Assembly (NCBI GenBank): GCA_036867785.1
Contig: CP145418.1
Location: forward strand, 372,001 to 436,000
Length of the DNA: 64,000 bases
Origin: Plasmodiophora brassicae
Taxonomy: Eukaryota
Direction: 5' to 3'
Positions 1 through 11,400 of this stretch are shown here, one piece after another (positions within the stretch are counted from its first letter, which is position 1; each line of letters begins with the position of its first letter). The notes beneath the pieces were generated by a model. That model saw only the letters and a program-made list of their open reading frames with translations. It was not told where the DNA came from and ran no database searches. A program made the translations under genes and the position numbers.

Positions 1-84
1 CTCCCCCGAATCGAGGCCAACCCGTGCAAGCCAAGTCGTAAGACACAACAACAGCAGCAGCAACAGCACGCCTCGAGAGCTATC

Positions 85-528
85 ATGTATTCGCGTTGCA
101 TAAGCAACAACGCTGCCCTGGTCGCCAGGCACGGCGCCGCCCAGCGCCAGCAGAAGCTGTCAGGCGCCAGCGAATCGTCAGTGACCCGCAACGAGCGCCT
201 GTACAAGACGGAGATGTGCCGTCTTTGGGGCGAGAGCCGTTCCTGCCCGTACGGTGCCAAGTGCCAGTTCGCGCATGGCGAACAGGAACTTCGCCCGGTG
301 GAGCGCCACGCCAAGTTCAAGACGGTCCTGTGCAGGAAGTACCACGAGGACGGCGTGTGCCCGTTCGGGGCCCGGTGCGCGTTCGTCCATAAGGAGACCG
401 CAACGACGCCCCTGGTGATCCCGCTGGACACCGTCACGACGCTCAGCCCGCCGACCGCGGCGATGCCGACCCCGGTCGGGTTCCGACGTGCCATCACCCG
501 CGATTCGTTGTTCACTAAACTGTACTGA
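85..528 (+). CDS. Tandem CCCH zinc-finger protein (TTP/TIS11/ZFP36 family)
   Basis: Two C-x8-C-x5-C-x3-H fingers with YKTEMC and FKTVLC lead-ins. Confidence 0.93.
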   Translation: MYSRCISNNAALVARHGAAQRQQKLSGASESSVTRNERLYKTEMCRLWGESRSCPYGAKCQFAHGEQELRPVERHAKFKTVLCRKYHEDGVCPFGARCAFVHKETATTPLVIPLDTVTTLSPPTAAMPTPVGFRRAITRDSLFTKLY

Positions 529-859
529 GTGCTGGGACGCGGGCACCGCTACCTGCTATCGTTGGAGGCGGGTGAGTGATGGTGCACCTCAGCGCTGGCC
601 TACCTCAGAATCATCATCCGAAGACAACAGCGAATCATCAAGTCTGGGGCCCTTTTCAGCCCGATGGTATGAAGCGGCTTCGATACCAGCGCCAGCAACG
701 GGAGTATGTTCGCCATCGATCCGGTTCAACGCCGCCGTCAAGGAGGCGTCCTGCGAAGAAGGACGGGTGCACGCCTTGTCAGCTGAGCGCACGGACGTGA
801 GGTCAGGTTGGCCCATTGGCCCGGCATTGGACCCGACTGCAACTAAGGGGAGACGATCC

Positions 860-1304
860 CTGTCGGCCGTCATCACGACGATAGCCGGCAGCGGTTCGCT
901 GTTGAGCCCAGTCGACGTCGCGCAGGACCCGTCGGGGAACTTGTACGTCACCGATTACGGCAACGCCTGCATCCGGAAGGTCGGTCACCCCGGCGGGTGC
1001 GGTCTCGACGTTGACGGAGCCATCTTCGATGCGGGGCCCAGCGGGGATCGTCTTTGACCGGGCCACAAACATGCATTACGTTGCCGACTCGATCGCCAAA
1101 CGGATCCTGCAAGCCACGCTGGACGGGACATGGACCGTAATCGCGGGCAACGGCACAAGCGGGTACCGGGATGGCCCTGACGAATCAGCCGAGTTCCAAC
1201 AGCCGTTTGGCATTGCGATCGACGAGACGGCCACGTCACCGGTCATTTACGTCAGCGACTGTCGGAACGACGCCCTGCGCAGGACTGTAGATTCGTTCGG
1301 ATGA
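860..1304 (+). pseudogene. NHL-repeat protein, frameshifted
   Basis: NHL repeats PVDVAQDPSGNLYVTDYGNACIRKV, PAGIVFD..HYVADS and PFGIAID..IYVSD lie in two frames, joined by a GGTC duplication at 979-986. The 5' extent is unclear. Confidence 0.75.
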
Positions 1305-1414
1305 TTTACAGACGTCCGTGATCGTAACCACAAGTCATCGTCATGTAGTACAGCCGCATCATTGTCAGGTGACCGGGTTCCAGACGTTTAGGCGCCCCCG
1401 CTCATCTCCCACAG

Positions 1415-1857
1415 AACGCTCTCGAACCACTGCAGCACGTAGACGCCGCAGTTCCACGTGTCCGTTTGCCTGTTGTATATAGGCCTCGGTGGTTGGCCCA
1501 CCACAGCAGGTCGCCACAGCTCTTCGGCAGCCTGCCCAGCGGCCAATTGGATTCAACGGTATATCTGGTTCGCGTACCGGGGGACGGTCATTGTGTGCGG
1601 CAGTCTTCCCAACAACCGCCTGTGCACTATCCGCACCATGCACGCCGGTTTTAGCAAGCGCATGCGCAGCACAGTGACCTCCCCCGGTACGCGAACTAAG
1701 ATGTACCGTTGAATCCAGTTCACCGCAGGGCAGGCTGCCGAAGAGCTGTGACGACCTGCTGTGGTGCGCCAACCACCGAGGCCTATACAAATACGCCAAC
1801 AAGCAAACAGACACGTGCAACTGCGGCGTGTACGTGCTGCAGTGGTTCGAGAGCGTT
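1415..1857. repeat. Inverted repeat (arms about 1415-1600 and 1665-1857) of a Ulp1/C48-like protease fragment, probably transposon-derived
   Basis: The arms are diverged reverse complements. They encode RQTDTWNCGVYVLQWFES (- strand) and KQTDTCNCGVYVLQWFES (+ strand), matching the Ulp1 Q-x-[DN]-x-x-[DN]-CG-V motif. Confidence 0.8.
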
Positions 1858-2271
1858 GAATGCTGACTGAGGACCAGGGCGCGGCTGGTGAAGGCCTTGG
1901 TATCGGAACGTGGCTTAAACGGCTGCCGGCTCCTGCCTTTGTCGTCCATTTCTGGGGGTGACAGGATTTCCTTGTACGGAGGATACCTATCCCACATCGT
2001 TTGAAGCGCGACCAGCACATGTTAGCAAACGAGGGTGTACCCCAGATCTGGTGTCCCCCAGGCGGTGTTTGGTCAACGCAGCGAAGATGTGACATGTACG
2101 TCGATCTCATCGTATGGCGGGCCTCCAAGATCCCTTGCACCACGACGATAAGCCCGTTCCGCCCGCACCACAAGGCACCAGATCCAGGCCTGCGGCTTCG
2201 GTTCGAACTCCGTCAGACGTGGTTGTCTGTAGTATATCAACGGCCAGAACGCGTACCAAAGGAATTTCCTA

Positions 2272-2355
2272 GATGCGACCCTGATATCCACCTCCTCGAT
2301 GCGACCCTGATATCCACCTCCTCGATGCGACCCTGATATCCACCTCCTCGATGCG
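2272..2355. repeat. 26-bp tandem repeat, about 3.2 copies
   Basis: The unit GATGCGACCCTGATATCCACCTCCTC occurs three times exactly, followed by GATGCG. Confidence 0.97.
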
Positions 2356-3029
2356 GATACTGCTCATTGCTCTTCGCGCTACAGCTCACCAACAAGCCGC
2401 AATGGTCGCGCACTCCGCGGTCCGCCACGGCATCGAGCACGGGGAACGGTACGCCGACAACTTGCGCATCGTTGGGCGTTGGACGGGTTGGCGCGCGCAA
2501 AGTACGGCTGGCGAGCGCAAAGTTTTGTCTTGTACGTAGCTTCGATGGGTGGTTGCCTGGTTGCCCTATCTGGACGTTCCTCAGCTGCTAGCCCTTTCGG
2601 CGATATTCCTTCTTCATCTGACGGACCAGGTCCCGGCACTCGGCGACGCATGCGTCGCTGTCGATATGTGACGCCTGTTTCGAAGACGGCCACAGTCAGC
2701 GAACCAGTGACTACGCCTGTGTGCAGGTGGGCAGGCGATTACGCGCGCCAAATTGGCCAACTGCTGCGGGAAGGTGCCCACGCCGGGCGAGTGCTGCTGA
2801 ACGTGCCGAATAGCTTTAGAATGTGTAATGTGTGTGACGTGTGGCCAGGCCGGCGTCGACGTCTGCAGCAAGTCTGTCTACGTTCAGTGCTCTGCTGGTC
2901 ACTATCGCCGCCGCAGCTTGCATGCTGTTCTGAATACCCCGTTGGCCCATTTCCATAACCTGCTTCTCATGTTCGAATCGGTCCTGCTCGTCTGGATCCT
3001 CAAGCAGTACACCATATCCTCGGGCGGTC

Positions 3030-3140
3030 CGGTCTACACGTGGTGCCAGTTGCGGTACGTCTTCGCAGATGAAGGCTGCAGATTCCCAAGTGGCTTCGAG
3101 CACATCGAAGCCTGACCAAGAGACCCTGATCTGGAACTGC
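3030..3140 (-). mobile_element. Chromodomain fragment, chromovirus-type (Ty3/gypsy) integrase end
   Basis: QFQIRVSWSGFDVLEATWESAAFICEDVPQL resembles a chromodomain core. Confidence 0.7.
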
Positions 3141-4140
3141 TGGACCGGTGGGGGCATCTGGTATAGAAGTGCGTGTTAGCTGAGCAGGTGATGCAGATGG
3201 TGAGCTTGCTCTGCTTTTCGGCCTCCGGGGTCCCGGCATTCGATGGACTTGCATGTGCGACAGACGATGCCAGTGTTCGCGCGGCATTGTTTGATTCGCC
3301 ATTGCATTTTTCCCACTCGGATTCTCTTGGCCTTGGCCACTGTATCCGCTTCCTCCTTAGTCGCGAAGCTGGCAATTGCATGGTTTCCGGAGTTCGTCTG
3401 AGTGATATTGCGAACTGCGACTCGACCTCCTCGGTCCACAGCACCTGCGACGCCGTCAGCGCGATCTGGGCGGCGTCGGCTGTCCTGGGTAGCCGATCGA
3501 CAATATGTCATCGATGTCGTGGACCGAGCAGTTGTAAATGATAATCTGTCAGTGGTGCGACGGGCCTGGGCGACATTCGGCACCGATCGCCTGAGCCGCT
3601 CCGTGTATAGCCCGATATTGGCCTGCACCATGGGGGGGGGGGGGGGGGGGGGGTCTGAGATGTGCAAATGTGACGAGGTGTGCTGGCTGGGTATGTGTTG
3701 AGTTTGTACCCTTTTTTAAACCGTGTAGCAGGAATTCGTTCGGGCGCTTCCCTTGCTGATGTTCGATGTGAGATTGAAGTGCTGCAGCCCGGGGAGCCGC
3801 TGGTGCAGCATAGCTGCTCGGTCCACGACATCGATGACATATTGTCGATCGGCTACCCAGGACAGCCGGCGCCCTACAATATCACACAGACGAACTCCGG
3901 AAACCATGCAATTGCCAGCTTCGGGAAGCGGATACAGTGGCCAAGGCCAAGAGAATCCGAGCGGGAAAAATGCAATGGCGAATCAAACAATGCCGCGCGA
4001 ACACTAGCATCGTCTGTCGCACATGCAAGTCCATCGAATGCCGGGCGGGACCCCGGAGGCCGAAAAGCAGAGCAAGCTCACCATCTGCATCACCTGCTCA
4101 GCTAATACGCACGTCTATACCAGATGCCTCCACCGGTCCA
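3141..4140. repeat. Inverted repeat (arms about 3141-3533 and 3812-4140) of a gag/ORF1-like fragment with a CCHC knuckle
   Basis: The arms are reverse-complement copies with small deletions in the right arm. The left arm encodes CITCSANTHFYTRC (C-x2-C-x4-H-x4-C). A G22 tract lies in the spacer. Confidence 0.85.
3632..3653 (+). repeat. Poly-G tract (22 G)
   Basis: Directly visible homopolymer. Confidence 0.95.
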
Positions 4141-4299
4141 AGACAATCAATGAGTTCTGAAGACGTCACCATCCGAAGGCTCCATTCACGCAATAAAACT
4201 CAACCAAGCTGCAGAAATCACTAACCGCATGGCGCCTGGAACCCCACCCGAGCACCGGATGAGTTCCCACCCCATAACAAGAGGCTAGAAGAAGCGCGT

Positions 4300-4816
4300 G
4301 ACGCGAATAAAATCAGAATAACGACGGCCCCAGAAATAAAGTACCTGGGAATGATCACGTTGCGCGCAAATGAGGAAGACAGAAGCGGGATGATGATAAT
4401 GGACCTCACAGGCATAGCGGCCAATATCAGACAAAGGTGCAGAGCAGTCGCGCGCATGTCACTCCTAAAATACAATTTCCCCATCAAGACATACCATATC
4501 AAATATGCAAACGATTCATTGGGGGAAACTAAACTACTACCTGCCGATACTAGGAGCGGAAACTGGGAAATAAATGAAAAGCGTACTTCGCCCGTTAGAA
4601 ATTGCACACAATGAGTACATGAGAGCATGCGCTGGTGCGTTCCGCTCCACACCTACCCCTCTACTGCACGCAATGACAGGATTTCCACTACTGCCAGATG
4701 CCATATGCACAAGCACAACAACGGCAGTACTATCAGCGATTGCCAATGACAGCTTATTGGGACAAGAGTACGACGCATGGGATGGGGAGGGAGATGGCTG
4801 GACCCCCTTGGAATAG
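4300..4816 (+). mobile_element. Degenerate non-LTR (LINE) reverse-transcriptase C-terminal fragment
   Basis: IKYLG motif followed, after a frameshift, by RACAGAFRSTPTPLLHAMTGFPLL, typical of I/Tad-like LINE thumb regions. The DNA is locally more AT-rich. Confidence 0.75.
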
Positions 4817-4829
4817 TAGAGAAAACACG

Positions 4830-5100
4830 ATCTGCCCCTCGCTGGGAACGCATCGTAGAATGCCGGCTAGGGTGCGATTGGCGCGTTCCACAGTGCCGTT
4901 TGCCCATGGCAGTACGCAGAAGCATTATTCTAGTGGATTGCGGACGTCAAAACTGAACACCTTGTTCACCGATGGCGTATCACACTTCACCGCCGAACTC
5001 ATCAAGGAGCTCACCCGACTGCGAGACGTCCAGCATAATGTTACGCCGGCGTACTGCCCATGGACAAACGGCACTGTGGAACGCGCCAATCGCACCACAG
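4830..5100. mobile_element. LTR-retrotransposon integrase core fragment with inverted partial duplicate
   Basis: The + strand gives TLFTDGVSHFTAELIKEL...TPAYCPWTNGTVERANRT. The - strand at about 4830-4910 gives PWANGTVERANRTLAGIL. Confidence 0.85.
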
Positions 5101-5141
5101 TCGGCGTCCCGCGTGCTTCTGCACATGTGTATTGACTGCTC

Positions 5142-7881
5142 CTACTGGGTGTCGCCCAGCTCGACGCGCTTCTTCCTGGCCGCCGCCTTCTGCGCCGCGA
5201 TCTGCGCGATGTTCATCATGCCCATCATGTCCCTGCCGCCGCCGGACGGTTTCGCGGTCACCGGGCTCGCTTTCGGCGGGGGCAGCACCCGGTTCGCTGC
5301 GCTCTTCAGCTTGGCCCCGGCCCTGATGGCCGCCATCAGGTCGGAGTTGGCGTTGCTCCCCGCCGAGCTCGAACTCGACGCCGACGAATCGGGCGCCTTC
5401 CTCAACGCAGGCCGGTCCTTCAGCGCCGCTGCAAGCCCACCGGCGCCACCCGCTGCTGCTGGAGGTGGTGGCGGTGGCGGAGCACCTGCCGGCGGCGGGG
5501 GTGGTGGAGGAGGTGGCACGCCCGCCGCAGGAGGTGCCAGCGGTGCAGGCGGCGCCGGCACGGCACACTGCGCACGTTCACCTTCTACCGCGTTCGTCGC
5601 TGTTCCAATCGCCTTCGTTAGCCGCCGGACCTCGTCGTCGGCCTTGGCGCGAGCGGCGCGCTCCTCGGCGAGCTGGGCCTGCAGGTGCGACAGCTCCTGG
5701 GCGGGTGCGGCCGTCGCACCGCGAAGGTGCGTGACGTCGTCCAGTAGCGCCTGGGCGCGTTTCTGCTCAGCGCCCAGGCGCTCGTTGCAGTCGGCGAGCT
5801 CGGCGCGCAGGTGGTTCGCCAGAGCCGCCGATGCCCGGACGGCGTCTTCCAGCTCCACGATCCGGTCGTCGTTGCGCTGCGCCTGGTCGCGCTGCACGTC
5901 GGCCAGTTGCGCCTGGTACTCGCGAAGGCTGTTCTTGCCTTCGAGCACCTCGACGCGCATCCGCTCCAGCGCCTTACGGTTCGCTTCCGCTTCGGCACGC
6001 GACGCCTGCAGTTGCTGTTCGTACGCCGCATCCGCTTTCGCCCTGTGAACCATCGCGGTGAGCCTACCGACGCTCGTACGAACGCCTTTCCAACGTACCG
6101 TTCTGCTTCAAGTTCAGCGATGCGCGTCTGGAACCGATCGCGTTCCGCTTCGACGGCGGCGCGGACGCGAGCCGCGCCTTCCGACTGCTTGACGGCGGCT
6201 TTCAGGTTCGCCACCGCCTGTTCGAGCGCGGCGCGCTCTTCGGCGGACGATGCGCGAAGTTTCGCTTCGGCCTCGACCAGCTGGGCGTTGGCCGCAACGA
6301 GTTTGCGCTCCTCGGCACGGTGGCGCTCCTCCATTTCGCGGCGCTCTTCGACACGACGCGCTTCCTCCGACCGGACACGCTGCTCCAGGACGCTCTTCAT
6401 GCGCTGCAGCTCGTCGTCGAACTCCTTCCGCAGACGTGCCTCGCGATCGGCCTGAAGCACGCCCTGCTCGCTGGCAACCGCCTGCCGCTGCATGTCGATG
6501 TCACGACGCAGGGCATCGCGTTCGCGTTCGAATCGCTCTCGCGCGCAGCGCTCCTCTTCCAGCGCGTTCCCGAGCGACTTTGCACGCTCCAGCTCCTCGG
6601 CGAGCCTGGCGCGCATGGCCGCCTCGCGCGCCTCGCTCTCGGCGGTCAGCGCCGCCGCCCGCTCCTGCATCTCGGCATCGAACGCCGCCTGCACCTTGCG
6701 AAGCTCGGCGGCGCACTGCAACTCCACCTGGGCGCTCATGTCCCGCTGCGCCTGCTCTGTCTGCAGCCGCACCTGCTCCAGCGCCCGCTGGTCCGCCTCC
6801 AAGCGCACCCTGTACAACATTATGAGTGCGCCCTAATATTCCGCATCGTCTGCATAAACAACTCCGAAGCTACCTACCTCTCCGTCTCGACGGCGATCTG
6901 CACGCGGCACTCTTCGCGGATCCGCTCGATCTCCTCCGTCGACGTCGACTGGGAGCGCTCCAGCTCGACGATCCGCTGCTGGGCGATCAGCAGCGACGGC
7001 TGGCGCTGCTGCGTGATCGCCCGCGACTCATCGCGCATCCTGCGCTCGCGTTCCGCCTGGGCCTGTTCGGCGCGGGCGGACAGGAGCGCGAGCTCCGCCT
7101 GATGCTCCTCGATGAGGCGCGACTCGATGGCGGCCGTGGCGGATAGGACGGCCGCCTGTTGCTGTTCGACGGCCTCGGCGCGGTCGGCGGCCGCTTTCTT
7201 CTCCAGGATCTGGTTTTCCAGTTCGACGCGGCGAAGGCGCTCGCGAAGGTGGTTGATCTCGGCGAGCGCCGCCTGGCGCTGGCGTTCCGCCTCCGACATC
7301 TGCTGTTGGACGGCGATGCGCGCTTCCTGCTCGCGAGCCAGTGCCGCCTGTTGTTCGCGCAGCTCGTCGACGGTCCGCTGCAGGGCAATGCTTGGCGTTC
7401 GGCGACGGGAAGGCGACTCTGCCGGCAGCGACAGCGTCTCATCGACGACGACAGTCAGGGGCGTCGACGATGGTGGCAGTTGCTGAGCGTTCGCCTCTTT
7501 CGTCGTTGCGACTGATGGTGCGGGCGACCCGCTCGCTTTCGATAGTTTGGGAAGCGTTGGGGCGATGACGTCGGTGATGGCGGCGAGAGCAACCAGGCAG
7601 GATACAAGGCGGTCCGGGCGCGGGTTCTCGACAAGGTCGGTGGCCTGGATGACGTCGTTCTTCTGCAGCCCCAGGGCCCTGGCAGCCCAGACGAACTGGT
7701 TCACGTTCTCGAACTCGAGGAACGGCTGCGACACCAGGTTGACCTTCCTGATCATGTCCGGGCGGATACGATTAACGAGCTTGCATAGGTGGATGCCGCT
7801 CTTGAGGACGGAGCACAGGCCGCCCTGCGCCAGCGGCTCCCCGATCATCATCTCGATCCAGCGGCGAACGGACGCCTCCAT
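5142..7881 (-). CDS. Calponin-homology + long coiled coil + polyproline + two WH2-like motifs; putative actin regulator (multi-exon)
   Basis: CH motif LKSGIHLCKLVN...FENVNQF; heptad-rich coiled coil; PPPPPPPP tracts; GLAAALKDRPALRKA and DLMAAIRAGAKLKSA. GT-AG introns at about 6810-6877 and 6043-6098. An upstream exon is possible. Confidence 0.8.
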
Positions 7882-8478
7882 GGCGGGATCAGCAGCGACG
7901 ACCGCAGCCGATCGGTCTCCGTTATTCGGCGACGGGGACGGCGCTGGTGGAACGGCACGGTTCGGGCCACGAGTTACGACCGGCGACGTCGTCGGCGTCG
8001 AGCGCGCGCTCTGTGGGGCACCGCAATGACTGTTGCAGGGACACGGGGGGCGTCAGTCAGTCCAGGTGTTCTGCGAACACACGCGCGATGGGATGGCCCG
8101 ACATGCAGAACTTGTGCTGGGGCTCCAGGGCGCCATGGCACTTGGCGCAGGTCGTCATCGACGACGACGCTGCGATGCAGGTACTCGGTGTGAAAATCTC
8201 GGCGGTGGGGCACGCGCGCGCGCCTCTCGCCCAGTCCGACGGGGGTGGTGCCTTGAAACGAATCGCTCGCTGGCAATCTAGCGTGCTGCGTATAATTCGA
8301 GAGGACACCTGCCGGAAGGCGGTGCGCGGCCCCAATCGCCTATTATATCGCGATCCCGTTTTAGACGTGTCCGAGAATACCACCTGCCGCGCCTATCTCT
8401 GCCTGCTGCCAATGGACGCGGCTCGACCTTTGCCGGCTGACTGAGACGATAACGGGCACGGCCAGACGTGGCGATCGA

Positions 8479-11400
8479 TCATATTGAAGATACACGTGGG
8501 CGGCGCCCTGCTTCGTCTTTCGGATCCACCGAGGTTGCGGCCGCTCGCAGTGCTCGATGCCATACCTCCCTGGAGGCGTCGCACACGAACAAGACGGTCA
8601 GTTTTCGGGCCCCGATGCCCACCGTCATGATCGCTCGCGACGTGTCGGACACTTCGACGGCGTCGATCTTGTCGACCGCAAAGTACCCGCCGACGGCGTT
8701 GCACCCATCGACCCAGCCCAACGTCATCAGGATGTTCCAGCGCGAACCACTGAGATCGGGTGACCCGGTCTCGTCGTCACCAGCGTACAGGATCTCGAGG
8801 CGCGTCCCGTTGTGCTGTTCGCGCGCCCAGACCAGCGTCCGCCGTACCAGCGTCCCGTTGTCCTGCTGGACATCGACGCGGGTGCAGATGCGCACCCCTG
8901 GACCGGGTGCGGGTGCGCGCGACACGTGCCACATTCGCGAACAGAACAAGCGGCACTTGCGCGTCACCACCGCAAGGATCTTGTCGACGCAGCCGAACGG
9001 GCATAGCTCCCACGTCTGGCGTACCAGGCGCGCATTGCCATCGCGCCCAGCGCACCCGATCGTCACCTCTTGGCCGGTCGCGTCAACGTACGTGTCGTAC
9101 AGGTCGGCGTAGGGGATGCGTTCGAACGAGGTGGGCGGCGAGGTGAACGATGCGCCTAGGTACACGTAATGGCTGGACAGGATAAGGACGCGGGGCGCCG
9201 ATGGCGCATCCGATCGTGGTCCAGGTCGAGGGGGATCCTCGATGCATGCCAGTGTCTCAATCAGCTCGTTGGCGGCGAATACCTGGGCCTCCCGGAAGCG
9301 CGACTCGAGGCCGACGCGCAACGCGCCGACCTTGGCGCCCGCGATGATGTCGGCTAGGTAGGACGCGCGCAACGACGGTTGGTCTGACACGCCCATACAA
9401 ACGTAGTCTTTCAGGAGCGGACCGCTCGCCGCGTCGGCTAGTATCCACCTCAAATGGATCCGCATCGTGTCCAGAGCGGTGCAGCAACCGATCCCCGCCT
9501 GTACACGCACGTGTACAGGTTCAGTATCGTATGCGCGTCTCGAGATCACAGGCATACCTTGTGCCCAATGTCCTCTACAGGGTCGTCGGCCAGCTCCATG
9601 TCGTACTGGAGCAGGTCGCGAATATACTGTTCGGGGACGAGGTCGGCCAGGGTGGACGTTTGCAGGTCGGCATTGAGCTTCGCCAGTCGATGAAGGTACG
9701 TGCCTGAGGTTTCGTCCTCAGCGGAAGACGTAGCGGAATCCTTCAGGAGGTGCGTTAAATAACGCATCCGTCGCACGGCGTCGATGGCGGCCGCGAATGC
9801 GGCAGCGGCACCCGCCATCATCGATTCTACAGCTGGCGCTAGGCGACGTCCGCTCCAAGGACGTGCATGGATGGCGTCCACCGCCTTTGAAAGGAGGGAG
9901 GTTGCAACGTGGGCAGCAACCTGGACGTCTTGGCACTGGTCCAGAAATGGTTTAGCCCCGGTGGTGCTTGGCATCTCGACCAGTGACGCGGTCAGGATGT
10001 CGAGGAGTTTGGCGCCAAGATTCACCGTAATGCCATGCGGCGCCTGTGGACCAGTTCCATCACTGCGGCAAATGCCATATCCAGACCGCCCAGGTAGACG
10101 TTACCTTGTAGAGGACAGCGCTAAGCATAGCAGACTGCCAGGTGGCGGTTCGGATTATGTGGAGCGCATTACGTCGGTCCCCTGGGGTTACATTCGTGGC
10201 GGTCAGCAACGACAGGCACAGGCGAAGGTAGGCAGAGAGTGCCAGAGCTCCAACGTCCACGTTGGCAATCGTTGCTGGAATAGCCCAGCGACGTCTCCTG
10301 ATCTCGTCAAGCTTCGTCGCCGGTGATGTGTGTTCGTCAGATGCTGACAGCGGTACGGACGGTGAATGGACATGCGCGGCGAATCCGAACGTCTTGTCTT
10401 TGTCGGTACCGACGGTATCCTGCTGGCTTTCGCCAGAAGAAAAGGATTCGAGGGTGGACAGAAACGGAGATGGCTTGGGACTGCTGGAGACTGGCGTCAG
10501 CGCATTGCCTTCGCTGTCAGCGTGCGGCCGGCACATCGCCTTTTCGCTCAAATGCCTAACGCGTGATTCAATTCGAGAACGAAGTGGATACGTGCTCGAC
10601 AGGGTGACTCTGGATGCATGTGGCACCATCAGCTCGATGCTAGTGTGGAGACGCGCTAGACCGCAATCGAAGTTCGGCAACCCTGGAAATGCGGCTGCCG
10701 AGGCCGGTCTCGTCAAGAGGATATTGGTCTGACCTTGCGCTGCTGTCCCATCATGTTCAATCAGCTCCTCAAGAGAGACGTCCGGCCGTGCCTCCCATTC
10801 AAACATCGTCTCCCCATCAGCGCTCTTCACATCGGCTTTCCGAAACACGTTGTCATGCCGAGCGAGCCACGCCTCGTGAGCACGGCCTGCCATCCGCAGC
10901 CGTCGCCTGCAGCATCACAGGCCTGACGTTCACACCTTCCCCAACAACCGCATCATCCCGCCTACTGACCTTCCAGCCCGTCGCGTGATGTGCGAGATCA
11001 GATCCAGGCGGGCGTCGTACAGGTCCTGGGCATCGATCGTATCGTCGACCACGAACGTGTGGACCAGAGCAACGTCAGCGTCGTTGGGGTCGGGAGCGAC
11101 CCCGGCGACTGCTACAATGTCCGGGCCTGGGCCCGCACGGACAACGAAGTGTCGCTCGCCCGGCGGCCTGACCTCCTGTGCAGCGACCTGACGCCAGTGC
11201 TCCTCCGAGTGCTGCGCGCCCCTCAATAGACGGTGCACGCTGGGTGCGTGCTCGACCTGCATAGGCACCAGGTGCAGCGGACGACGACCGTTGGCGTCGT
11301 CATCGCACCATGGTGCCGATTCGCGTGCGACGATGTCTTCGATGGTGCGCCCATCGGGCAGCGCCAGCCAGGCCTGTAGATTGTCGGCGCTGTCGACTAG

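Noticed and set aside
2272-2355. 26-bp repeats as a CRISPR array
   Set aside because: The units are directly adjacent with no spacers, there are no cas genes, and the context is eukaryotic.
1900-2800. Coding or transposase assignment for this stretch
   Set aside because: Only short ORFs with no motif I can recognise.
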